Position numbers and translations under genes: made by a program
Shown: piece after piece, positions 12,560 to 20,751 of the stretch
Layout: every line of letters starts with the position of its first letter
How positions within the stretch are numbered: the first letter of the stretch is position 1
Notes under the pieces: generated by a model
The model's input: the letters and a program-made list of their open reading frames with translations, nothing else
Told to the model about the DNA's origin: nothing
The model's database searches: none
Source: an uncultured Planctomycetia bacterium
GTDB lineage: Bacteria > Omnitrophota > Gorgyraeia > Duberdicusellales > 4484-171
Direction: 5' to 3'
Length of the DNA: 64,000 nt
NCBI GenBank assembly: GCA_964536865.1
Contig: CAZHYN010000001.1
Location: 16,195 to 80,194, forward strand

Positions 12560-13131
12560 GAAAACCAAAAGTATTTATCATCTCCGGACCCTCAGGTGCA
12601 GGTAAGACTACACTTATTAATCGATTATTCCAGAAAAAATTCGTGAGAGATAATTTTTTAAAAAGTATATCCTTTACTACTCGAAAAAAACGAAGAGGAG
12701 AGAAAGAAGGAAAAGATTATTTTTTTGTAGATGATAGAAAATTTAGAGATTTAAAAAAGAAAGAGTTTTTTCTAGAGACGCAAAAAGTCTTAGACGATTT
12801 TTATGGCACACCAAAATTTTTCTTAGAGGAGGCAGAAAGAAAAGGTAAAGATTTAATTCTTTGTATTGACGTTAAAGGAGGAAAGTATTTGAAAAATAAA
12901 CTGAAGAAAGATAAAATAGTTACTATTTTTATAACTGCTCCTCATCAGAAGGAACTTTTTTATCGATTAAAAAGAAGGAAGGAAGATTCCCAAAATATAA
13001 AAAAGAGAATAACACTAGCAAAAAAAGAGTTGCAATTTTTAAAATTCTATGATTATTTAATAGTTAATCAGAATATTGGGGAAAGTATAAAAGAATTAGA
13101 AAAGATATTACGAAGTAAGATTAATCGATGA
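12556..13131 (+). CDS. gmk: Guanylate kinase
   Basis: P-loop IISGPSGAGKTTL; 191 aa. Confidence 0.9.
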   Translation: MRKPKVFIISGPSGAGKTTLINRLFQKKFVRDNFLKSISFTTRKKRRGEKEGKDYFFVDDRKFRDLKKKEFFLETQKVLDDFYGTPKFFLEEAERKGKDLILCIDVKGGKYLKNKLKKDKIVTIFITAPHQKELFYRLKRRKEDSQNIKKRITLAKKELQFLKFYDYLIVNQNIGESIKELEKILRSKINR

Positions 13132-13343
13132 GCCAAGATTATATTCCTTTAGAGCAACTTTTAGGAGCTAGTGATGGTTCCGTTTATAAACTTGCAGTGT
13201 TAGGAGCAAGGAGGGCACTTCAACTTGCAGATGGGGAAAAGCCTTTAATAGAAAAACCTTCAGAGAAAGCGTTAGAAAACGCTCTAAAAGAGATTGCTCT
13301 TAAAAGAATAAGAGTAGGAGCGAAGTTTGTTAAGAAAAAATAG
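13128..13343 (+). CDS. rpoZ: DNA-directed RNA polymerase subunit omega
   Basis: 71 aa with KLAVLGARRALQL-type omega motif; follows gmk. Confidence 0.8.
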   Translation: MSQDYIPLEQLLGASDGSVYKLAVLGARRALQLADGEKPLIEKPSEKALENALKEIALKRIRVGAKFVKKK

Positions 13344-13358
13344 AGAGAAAAGAAAAAA

Positions 13359-13430
13359 GGCGGCGTAGCCAAGGGGGAAGGCAGTGGTCTGCAAAACCAC
13401 TATTCAGCGGTTCAAATCCGCTCGCCGCCT
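13359..13430 (+). tRNA. tRNA-Cys (GCA)
   Basis: Acceptor stem GGCGGCG/CGCCGCC, anticodon loop CTGCAAA, T-loop TTCAAAT, discriminator U; no encoded CCA. Confidence 0.8.
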
Positions 13431-13573
13431 TAAAGAAGAATTTTTAGGCGGAGAGGAGAAATAAATTTGTTTGTAGCAAGAGGTTATCTCTATAAGTTAT
13501 TCCCGCACTGCTTACAATTGAAGAGAGTAACATTAGGAAGAATTAAAAGTTGCTGAAGAGGAGAAAGAATTAT

Positions 13574-13659
13574 GGGCGGGTGGCGGAATAGGCAGACGCC
13601 TGGGACTTAAAATCCCATGTCCCGTAAGGGACGTGAGGGTTCGAGTCCCTCCCCGCCCA
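13574..13659 (+). tRNA. tRNA-Leu (TAA)
   Basis: Acceptor GGGCGGG/CCCGCCC, anticodon loop CTTAAAA, long variable arm GTCCCGTAAGGGAC, T-loop TTCGAGT. Confidence 0.8.
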
Positions 13660-13751
13660 GGTTAACAAAATTACAGATTTATCAATTATAAATTTCAAAT
13701 TTTATAAATTAATTTGTAATCTATAATTGGCTAATTTGAAATTATATTTTT

Positions 13752-13828
13752 GGGCGCATAGCTCAGGTGGCTAGAGCGTCACGTTGACATCGTGAAGGTC
13801 AGAGGTTCAAATCCTCTTGCGCCCACCA
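13752..13828 (+). tRNA. tRNA-Val (GAC), CCA encoded
   Basis: Acceptor GGGCGCA/TGCGCCC, D-loop AGCTCAGGTGGCTAGAGC, anticodon loop TTGACAT, T-loop TTCAAAT, 3' ACCA. Confidence 0.85.
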
Positions 13829-13844
13829 GATAGGTGAGAGGGGT

Positions 13845-15557
13845 ATGGATTTAGATACATTAAGACATTCTTGTGCGCATATTATGGCTTCGGCAGTAAA
13901 GAAACTTTACCCTCATACTAAGTTAGGGATTGGTCCTGCAATTCAGGATGGTTTTTACTATGACTTTGATATTCCAGAGAAGATAAGAGAAGAAGATCTT
14001 CCCCGGATTGAGGAGGAGATGAAGAAAATTATTCAGGAGGATTACCCTTTTATAAGGGAAGAGTGGTCGAAGACAAAAGCAGAGGAGTATTTTAAAAAAG
14101 AGGGAGAAGTTTATAAGTTAGAGTTGATTAAAGAAATACCTGGTTCTACAGTTTCTATTTATAGACATAATGATTTCATTGATTTATGTCGGGGCCCCCA
14201 TATTAGTTCAACTAAAGAGGTAAAATACTTTAAACTTCTCTCTATTTCGGGAGCCTACTGGCGGGGAGAAGAAAAAGGGCCCCAGCTTATTCGCATTTAC
14301 GGAACGGCATTTTTTTCTTCTCAAGAGTTAGAGAAATATCTTCAGAGGTTAAAAGAGATAAGAGAGAGAGACCATCGCCGATTAGGGAAAAACCTGGTTC
14401 TTTACGATATTTACCATGAAGAAGCTGGTGCAGGTTTAGTCTTCTACTTACCCCAAGGAGCAATTTTAAGGAGAATAATAGAGGATTGGTTGATAGCCGA
14501 ACATAGAAGAAGAGAATATCAGTTAGTAGTAACCCCCCATATTATGGATAAAACTCTCTGGGAAAGAAGTGGACACCTTACTCATTATAAGGATTATATG
14601 TACTCTATTATTAAAGAAAACCAAGAGTTCATTTTAAAACCTATGAATTGTCCAGGGCATATTCTCATTTACAAATCAGAATTGAGAAGCTGGCGCAATT
14701 TACCTTTGAGAATATTTGAGCTAGGTACGGTTTACCGTTACGAAAAGAGTGGTGTTCTCCACGGTCTGCTAAGAGTAAGAGGATTTACTCAAGACGATGC
14801 ACATATTTTTTGTAAGGAAGAAGATTTAGAAGGAGAGATAGAGGCAGTTTTGGATTTTGTAAAGGATGCCATGGATAAGTTTGGGTTCAAAGAGTTTGAA
14901 GCAGAGTTAAGTACTCGACCAGAGGAGTTTATTGGTGAGATAAAGAAATGGAATACCGCTGAACGTATTTTGCAGAGTGTTTTAGAGAAGAAGAAGTTTT
15001 TTTACAAAATAAATGTAGGAGAGGGGGCATTTTACGGGCCTAAGATAGATATAAAGTTGAAGGATGTTTTAAAGAGAAGCTGGCAATGTGCTACTATCCA
15101 GCTTGACTATAGCCTTCCTGAGAGATTCGAGCTAACTTACCATGCTCGAGATGGTAGAAAAAAGAGGCCTGTGATGATTCATCGAGTAATCTTAGGGAGT
15201 TTAGAGAGGTTTATTGCTACCTTAGTAGAACATTATGCAGGGAAGTTCCCTTTTTGGTTAGCTCCTACCCAGATATGTGTGATAAATATAACTAAAGAGG
15301 TGACAGAGTATGCTAAGGCAGTGAAGGAGAAACTTGCTCAGCACAGTTATCGTGTAGAGATAGATTTAACCGATCAAACTCTAGAGAGGAAGATCAGAGA
15401 AAAGGAGCTTAAAAAGATTCCTTATCTTGTAGTAGTAGGGAAAAGAGAAAAGGAGAGAAATCTAATTTCAGTAAGAGAGAGGGGGAAGAAACAATTAGGA
15501 GAGATGTCCATTGAAGAGTTTATAAGTATTTTAAAAAAAGAGGAGGTGGGCAATTAG
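13845..15557 (+). CDS. thrS: Threonyl-tRNA synthetase (lacks the N-terminal TGS domain)
   Basis: 570 aa beginning at the second additional/editing-like domain (HSCAHIMA), class II catalytic core and anticodon-binding domain; thrS-infC-rpmI-rplT synteny. Confidence 0.9.
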   Translation: MDLDTLRHSCAHIMASAVKKLYPHTKLGIGPAIQDGFYYDFDIPEKIREEDLPRIEEEMKKIIQEDYPFIREEWSKTKAEEYFKKEGEVYKLELIKEIPGSTVSIYRHNDFIDLCRGPHISSTKEVKYFKLLSISGAYWRGEEKGPQLIRIYGTAFFSSQELEKYLQRLKEIRERDHRRLGKNLVLYDIYHEEAGAGLVFYLPQGAILRRIIEDWLIAEHRRREYQLVVTPHIMDKTLWERSGHLTHYKDYMYSIIKENQEFILKPMNCPGHILIYKSELRSWRNLPLRIFELGTVYRYEKSGVLHGLLRVRGFTQDDAHIFCKEEDLEGEIEAVLDFVKDAMDKFGFKEFEAELSTRPEEFIGEIKKWNTAERILQSVLEKKKFFYKINVGEGAFYGPKIDIKLKDVLKRSWQCATIQLDYSLPERFELTYHARDGRKKRPVMIHRVILGSLERFIATLVEHYAGKFPFWLAPTQICVINITKEVTEYAKAVKEKLAQHSYRVEIDLTDQTLERKIREKELKKIPYLVVVGKREKERNLISVRERGKKQLGEMSIEEFISILKKEEVGN

Positions 15558-16059
15558 AAAAGGTATCCGAGTTAATGAAAGAATTTTCGCTAAAACAGTC
15601 AGGCTTATTGGGCCTAATGGAGAGCAGTTAGGTATTTTCCCTCGTGATTTAGCTTTGAGAAAAGCTGAAGAATTTGAGTTAGATTTGGTAGAAGTAGCTC
15701 CTCAAGCAGATCCTCCTGTATGTAGAATAATGGATTTTGCTAAGTATAAATATGAGCAAGAAAAGAAAGAAAGAGAAGCTAAGCGCCATCATCGTCATGC
15801 CCAGCTTAAGGAGATAAGGCTTTCCCCTCGGATAGATAACCACGATTATCAAATTAAATTGAAGCATATTCAAGAATTTTTAGAGAAAGGTCATAAGGTG
15901 AGAGTGAGAATGTTTTTTAGAGGAAGAGAGGTAGCCCATCAGGAGATAGGGAGAAAGCTAATAGATAGGCTTATTACTGATGTAGAAAAATTAGGAAAGG
16001 TAGAAAGAGAGCCACATCTTTTGGGGAGAGCATTAATTTTAGTCCTTGGGCCAAAGTAA
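15553..16059 (+). CDS. infC: Translation initiation factor IF-3, AUU start codon
   Basis: In-frame extension of track ORF 15655-16059 upstream to ATT at 15553 gives (M)RKGIRVNERIFAKTVRLIGPNGEQLGIFPRDLAL..., the canonical IF3 N-terminus; SD AGGAGGTG at 15541-15548 sits 4 nt upstream; a conserved AUU start is known for infC. Confidence 0.8.
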   Translation: MRKGIRVNERIFAKTVRLIGPNGEQLGIFPRDLALRKAEEFELDLVEVAPQADPPVCRIMDFAKYKYEQEKKEREAKRHHRHAQLKEIRLSPRIDNHDYQIKLKHIQEFLEKGHKVRVRMFFRGREVAHQEIGRKLIDRLITDVEKLGKVEREPHLLGRALILVLGPK

Positions 16060-16074
16060 CCTTGGGAGGTTAGC

Positions 16075-16275
16075 ATGCCAAAACTAAAGACAAAAAAAGC
16101 ATTAGCTAAGAGAATAAGAGTTACCAAGAAGAAAAAATTTTTACGTCAGAGAGCAGGCCGCCGACATCTATTAAGTAGCAAAGAAAGAAAGAGGAAGAGA
16201 ACTTTGAGGAGAAAAGATAAAGTTTCTGCGGGTGAGAGAAAGGTGATAAAGAAAGCCCTACCTTATGCTTTCTAA
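16075..16275 (+). CDS. rpmI: 50S ribosomal protein L35
   Basis: 66-aa basic ORF MPKLKTKKALAKR... Confidence 0.9.
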   Translation: MPKLKTKKALAKRIRVTKKKKFLRQRAGRRHLLSSKERKRKRTLRRKDKVSAGERKVIKKALPYAF

Positions 16276-16290
16276 AGAAAGGAGTTTAGG

Positions 16291-16638
16291 ATGAGAGCAA
16301 GACATTCACCAGCTTCACGAAAAAGAAAAAAGAAAGTTTTAAAGTTAGCTAAAGGATATGGAGGAAAACGTTCTAAAGTATATCGACGAGCTTTAGAAAC
16401 CTTAAGGAGAGCTTATGTTTACGCTTATCGCGATCGTAAAAGGAAGAAGAGAGAAATTCGTCGCCTATGGATTACAAGAATAAATGCGGGAGTCCGTGAG
16501 AAAGGAATTACTTATCATGAGTTTATCAATAGACTTAAGAAGAAGAATATTTTTCTCTCCCGAGATATCTTAGCGCACCTTGCCTGCGAGGAGAAGGAAG
16601 TATTTGATAAACTTATAGAGATAGCTAAGAAAAGTTAA
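16291..16638 (+). CDS. rplT: 50S ribosomal protein L20
   Basis: 115 aa; synteny. Confidence 0.9.
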   Translation: MRARHSPASRKRKKKVLKLAKGYGGKRSKVYRRALETLRRAYVYAYRDRKRKKREIRRLWITRINAGVREKGITYHEFINRLKKKNIFLSRDILAHLACEEKEVFDKLIEIAKKS

Positions 16639-16639
16639 A

Positions 16640-17035
16640 ATGAAATATATTGTGATAGTTGGCTGTGGGAAAACAGGGAGGAACTTAGCTTTAGAATTCG
16701 CTACTTCTCACAATGTAGTAGTTATAGATAGAAGTAAAACTGCTTTGGATTCTTTAGGAGAAGATTTTAATGGTAAAAAGGTCTTGGGGGATGCTTTAGA
16801 TATTCAAGTGTTAGAAAGTGCGGGGATAAAAGAGGCAGACGCTCTTCTGATAGTTACAGGTAACGATAATCTTAATATTGTGATTGGTAAGGTAGCTAGA
16901 AAGATGTACAGAGTGAAAAAAGTTGTTCTTCAGGTGTACGAGTTAACTAAAAAGAGAATTTTTTCTGAGGAGGGATTAATTATTGTGAATAGAACCTATC
17001 TTTTAGTAGAGGTGTTTAAAAAATGTATATTGTAA
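16640..17035 (+). CDS. TrkA-N (NAD-binding) domain protein
   Basis: Rossmann motif IVIVGCGKTGRNLA; 131 aa. Confidence 0.7.
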   Translation: MKYIVIVGCGKTGRNLALEFATSHNVVVIDRSKTALDSLGEDFNGKKVLGDALDIQVLESAGIKEADALLIVTGNDNLNIVIGKVARKMYRVKKVVLQVYELTKKRIFSEEGLIIVNRTYLLVEVFKKCIL

Positions 17036-17688
17036 TTGCTGGTGGGGGGCGCTTAGGTTCTCTTTTGGCCAAGAAGCTAAAAGAAGATAAACATAACGTA
17101 TGCCTAATTGATAAATCTCTAAGAGTGTGCCAGAAGCTTGCTGAGGAAATAAAGGAGGTTTTGGTTATTAACGGTGATGCTTCCGACCCAGAAGTACTAA
17201 AGCAAGCTAAAGCTGAAAAAGCAGACGTAGTAGTAGGCGCTACTCCTGCTGATGAGGATAATATCATTATTTGTCATTTAGCTAAGGAGATGTTTAAGGT
17301 AAGAAGAACGGTAGCAAGAATCAATGATCCTAAGCACTTAACATTCTACAAATACATGGGGGTAGATGCTCCTATAGATTCTACTTCTATTATTGCTCGT
17401 ATCGTTGAAGAAGAGGCTTCTTTCTCTGATGTAATGAATCTTTTGAGTATAAAGAAAGGAAGGCTATCTATCGTGAGAGTAGACATTCCTCAAGAGTCTC
17501 CTATAATAAATAAGAAGATAAGAGAAATAAAACTTCCTCCCAATTCAGTTCTTATTTCTATAATAAGAGAAACAGAAATTATAATTCCCCGAGGAGATAC
17601 TGAAGTTTTAGCGGATGATGAGATAATTGCAGCAACTCTTATTGATAATGAAAAGGATCTAATAAATTCCCTTATTGGTAAGATATGA
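17023..17688 (+). CDS. trkA: K+ transport regulatory protein TrkA/KtrA (TrkA-N + TrkA-C)
   Basis: IVIAGGGRLGSLLAKKL Rossmann fold plus C-terminal TrkA-C domain; upstream of trkH. Confidence 0.8.
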   Translation: MYIVIAGGGRLGSLLAKKLKEDKHNVCLIDKSLRVCQKLAEEIKEVLVINGDASDPEVLKQAKAEKADVVVGATPADEDNIIICHLAKEMFKVRRTVARINDPKHLTFYKYMGVDAPIDSTSIIARIVEEEASFSDVMNLLSIKKGRLSIVRVDIPQESPIINKKIREIKLPPNSVLISIIRETEIIIPRGDTEVLADDEIIAATLIDNEKDLINSLIGKI

Positions 17689-17772
17689 AGATGATTTTAG
17701 GAATTCTAATGGAAATTTTCTTCTGTCTTTCAGTAATTGGGGTAGCGTTTTTACTTTCCTTTATTTTCTAAA

Positions 17773-19257
17773 ATGATTATCTCCCCAGAGAGAAAAGATT
17801 TCTCTACTATCTTTCATATCGTTGGTAGACTCTGTTTAGGATTAAGCATGTTTATGCTCCTTCCCCTTTTTTGTGCGTTAGCTTTTGAGGAATATGAGCC
17901 TTTCTATGATTTTTTAATAGGATTCTTGAGTACAGCGAGTTTAGGATTTGTGTTTATGCTCATCTTCCCTTTTAAGAAAGAAATTGGATGGCAGCATTCT
18001 TTTTTCATTGTAAGTCTGGGATGGTTAGTAGCTTCAGTGATGGGGGCTATTCCTCTCTGTCTTTCTGGACATTGGAGTAGTTTTTTAGATGCTTGGTTTG
18101 AAGCTATGAGTGGATTCGCTACCACAGGGCTAATTCTGGTTAAAGACTTGGATCATCTTTCTTTCTCTCATAATCTTTGGCGACACCTTACCATGTTTAT
18201 TGGAGGTCAGGGGATAATTTTAGCTTCCATTTCTATCTTAAGTAAAGTGAGAAATGGAAGTTTGGGTCTATATATTGGTGAAGGGAGACAAGAGAAGATA
18301 TTCCCTAACATTATTGCTACGGCACGATTTATCTGGAAAGTGAGCTTTATTTACCTTACTCTTGGCGTAACACTTTTTACTCTTCTTCTTTCTTATAAGG
18401 GACTAAGGATAAGTAAAGCTATAATTCATAGCTTCTGCTTGTTTTTCGCCTCTTTTGATACGGGAGGGTTTGCTCCTCAGTCTCAGAATATAGCTTACTA
18501 TCACTCCTTCTCTTTAGAAATAGCAACAATGGTATTTATGTTCCTGGGAGCAATGAATTTCAATCTTCACTTCTGGCTATGGTATAAAGAAAAAAGAGAA
18601 ATTTTTAGAAATTTCGAAATACGCACTTTTATATTCAGTCTCCTTTCCCTCACTATTCTTTTGTTTTTCTCTTTAAAGCCATTAACCCGCTCGGTTATTT
18701 TTCGTAAGGGATTCTATCAGTTAGTTTCAGCTCATACTGGATGCGGGTTTACAAATCTTAGTCCAGGAGAGATTCTTTCTTTAACCCCTCTTTCTTTAGT
18801 TTTGCTCATCTTAGCTATGGGGATAGGAGGAGGAGTATGTTCCACAACAGGGGGGATAAAACTTCTCCGTTTAGGATTCGTATTTAAAGCTATGGTAGGG
18901 GAGATTAAGAGAGTGATAATGCCTCACAAGGCAGTGTATCGGGATAGTTTTCACCACCTTAGGGATACGCTTATTGAGGAAAGACATTTAAAAGAGACCT
19001 TTGTTATGGTAGGATTTTATTTTCTTGCTTACTTGTTAGGGGGAGTGATAGGATTATTTTATGGTTACACCCCCTTAGCTAGTTTTTTTGAATCAGTTTC
19101 TGCTACTGCTAATGTAGGGCTTTCTCTGGGAGTTACCAGCCCAGAAATGCCATTGGGGTTAAAAATTACTTATATATGTCAGATGTGGATGGGACGTTTA
19201 GAATTTATCTCTATATTTGCCTCTTTAAGTTATATAGCTTCTTTATTTAAAAAATGA
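17773..19257 (+). CDS. trkH: K+ transporter TrkH/KtrB family membrane protein
   Basis: 494-aa polytopic membrane protein with repeated pore-loop GG/GF motifs (TTGGIK). Confidence 0.85.
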   Translation: MIISPERKDFSTIFHIVGRLCLGLSMFMLLPLFCALAFEEYEPFYDFLIGFLSTASLGFVFMLIFPFKKEIGWQHSFFIVSLGWLVASVMGAIPLCLSGHWSSFLDAWFEAMSGFATTGLILVKDLDHLSFSHNLWRHLTMFIGGQGIILASISILSKVRNGSLGLYIGEGRQEKIFPNIIATARFIWKVSFIYLTLGVTLFTLLLSYKGLRISKAIIHSFCLFFASFDTGGFAPQSQNIAYYHSFSLEIATMVFMFLGAMNFNLHFWLWYKEKREIFRNFEIRTFIFSLLSLTILLFFSLKPLTRSVIFRKGFYQLVSAHTGCGFTNLSPGEILSLTPLSLVLLILAMGIGGGVCSTTGGIKLLRLGFVFKAMVGEIKRVIMPHKAVYRDSFHHLRDTLIEERHLKETFVMVGFYFLAYLLGGVIGLFYGYTPLASFFESVSATANVGLSLGVTSPEMPLGLKITYICQMWMGRLEFISIFASLSYIASLFKK

Positions 19258-19736
19258 GAGGAGCGATTCTTTTTCTTTTTATTTTTGGTATGTTTCCTTT
19301 AGTAACCTATCCTCAAAGCTTAAAGGAAATTTTGAAGAATCCTCAGTATTTTGATAATCGTAAGATAGTTTTTCAAGGAGAAGTGATAGGTGAACCTTTA
19401 AAAGAAGAGGGAGGGGTATGGATTAATATAAAGCAGGGAAGAGTAGGTATAGGAGTATTTTTAGAAAACCCAGAGGAGGTTACCAAGATTAAAAATTTCG
19501 GCTCCTACAAGAGAAGAGGAGATTGGGTTCAGATAGAGGGGGTATTTTTTAACAATTGCCCAGTTCATTTAGAGAGAGATATCCATGCTTACAAACTCAA
19601 AGTAATAAAACCAGGTTTTATTTTAAGGGAGGAGATACCTCTTTTTAAAAGGAAACTCTCATTGGGTCTAGCTTTACTTTGTTTGACATTAGGGATAATT
19701 TGTTTTATAACTTTAAAATATGTTAGAAGAGATTAA
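19254..19736 (+). CDS. Hypothetical membrane-anchored protein (N-terminal signal/TM, C-terminal TM)
   Basis: 160 aa; hydrophobic N- and C-termini; no recognisable family. Confidence 0.5.
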   Translation: MRGAILFLFIFGMFPLVTYPQSLKEILKNPQYFDNRKIVFQGEVIGEPLKEEGGVWINIKQGRVGIGVFLENPEEVTKIKNFGSYKRRGDWVQIEGVFFNNCPVHLERDIHAYKLKVIKPGFILREEIPLFKRKLSLGLALLCLTLGIICFITLKYVRRD

Positions 19737-20751
19737 GAAAATAGAAGATAGTTTCTTGCAAGAAATTGAAAAAGTAAAAAATTTAGAAGACCTAGAAGTT
19801 CTCCGCATAAGATATCTAGGTAGAAAATCTTTTATCAACCAAGCCTTTTCTCGTATTCCCAAATTGGAGAGAAACCAAAGGGCAGAATTGGGTAGAGCTT
19901 TAAATACTGTTAAGAAAAAGATTGCTTTCCTCTTAGATGAGAAAAGAAAAACTCTTTCTGTGCAAGAGAAAAAAATAGATCTCACTGTTCCTTCTTTCTC
20001 TATAGATAGAGGAATAAAACACATCCTTACACGAGTAAATGATGAGATTTGTAGCATTTTTGAGAAGTTGGGATTCATTATTATAGAGGGTAAAGAGATT
20101 GAAGATGAATGGCATAATTTTGAAGCCTTAAATATTCCCTTAGAGCACCCTTCAAGAGATGTGTTTGATACTTTTTACCTAGATTTATCATCTCCTTCTA
20201 AGGAGAAACGTAGACTTCTTTTAAGAAGCCATACCTCTCCTTCCCAAATAAGAGTAATGGAAAAAATGCGTCCTCCCTTAGCGGTTATCTCTCCAGGAAG
20301 AGTTTACAGGCCCGACAAAGTTGATGCTTCTCATTCTTTTATGTTCCATCAAGTCGAGGGTTTCTGTGTAGATAGGAATATAAATTTTTCTCACCTCAAA
20401 GGAGTCCTTTTCTACTTCGCCAGAAGTTTTTTCTCTCCTCAAGTGAAACTGAGATTTCGCCCCCACTATTTTCCTTTTACTGAGCCTTCAGCAGAAGTAG
20501 ATTTGGGTTGTATCCTCTGTGAGGGGAAAGGATGTAGTGTGTGTTCCTATAAAGGATGGGTGGAAATCTTAGGGTGTGGGATGATTCATCCTAAGGTATT
20601 GAAGGCTTGTAAGATAAACCCAAAAGAATACCAGGGATTTGCTTTTGGTATGGGGGTAGAAAGAATAGCCATGCTTAAGTATAGGATAAATGATATCCGG
20701 CTATTCTTCGAAAATGATTTAAGGTTTTTGGAGCAGTTTTATGAAGTTTAG
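19720..20751 (+). CDS. pheS: Phenylalanyl-tRNA synthetase alpha subunit
   Basis: 343 aa with class II motifs (FRPHYFPFTEPSAEVD). Confidence 0.95.
   Translation: MLEEIKKIEDSFLQEIEKVKNLEDLEVLRIRYLGRKSFINQAFSRIPKLERNQRAELGRALNTVKKKIAFLLDEKRKTLSVQEKKIDLTVPSFSIDRGIKHILTRVNDEICSIFEKLGFIIIEGKEIEDEWHNFEALNIPLEHPSRDVFDTFYLDLSSPSKEKRRLLLRSHTSPSQIRVMEKMRPPLAVISPGRVYRPDKVDASHSFMFHQVEGFCVDRNINFSHLKGVLFYFARSFFSPQVKLRFRPHYFPFTEPSAEVDLGCILCEGKGCSVCSYKGWVEILGCGMIHPKVLKACKINPKEYQGFAFGMGVERIAMLKYRINDIRLFFENDLRFLEQFYEV

Noticed and set aside
13660-13751. AT-rich inverted repeat (AAATTTCAAATT ... AATTTGAAATT) between tRNA-Leu and tRNA-Val
   Set aside because: A short, low-complexity A/T palindrome in an AT-rich spacer. 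It is plausibly promoter or processing context, but too weak to call as a regulatory site.
16640-17688. Two adjacent overlapping TrkA-domain ORFs read as a frameshifted single trkA pseudogene
   Set aside because: Each ORF starts with its own complete Rossmann GxGxxG motif and plausible SD. A fusion would give an atypical N-N-C architecture. Two separate KtrA/TrkA-type genes are more parsimonious.
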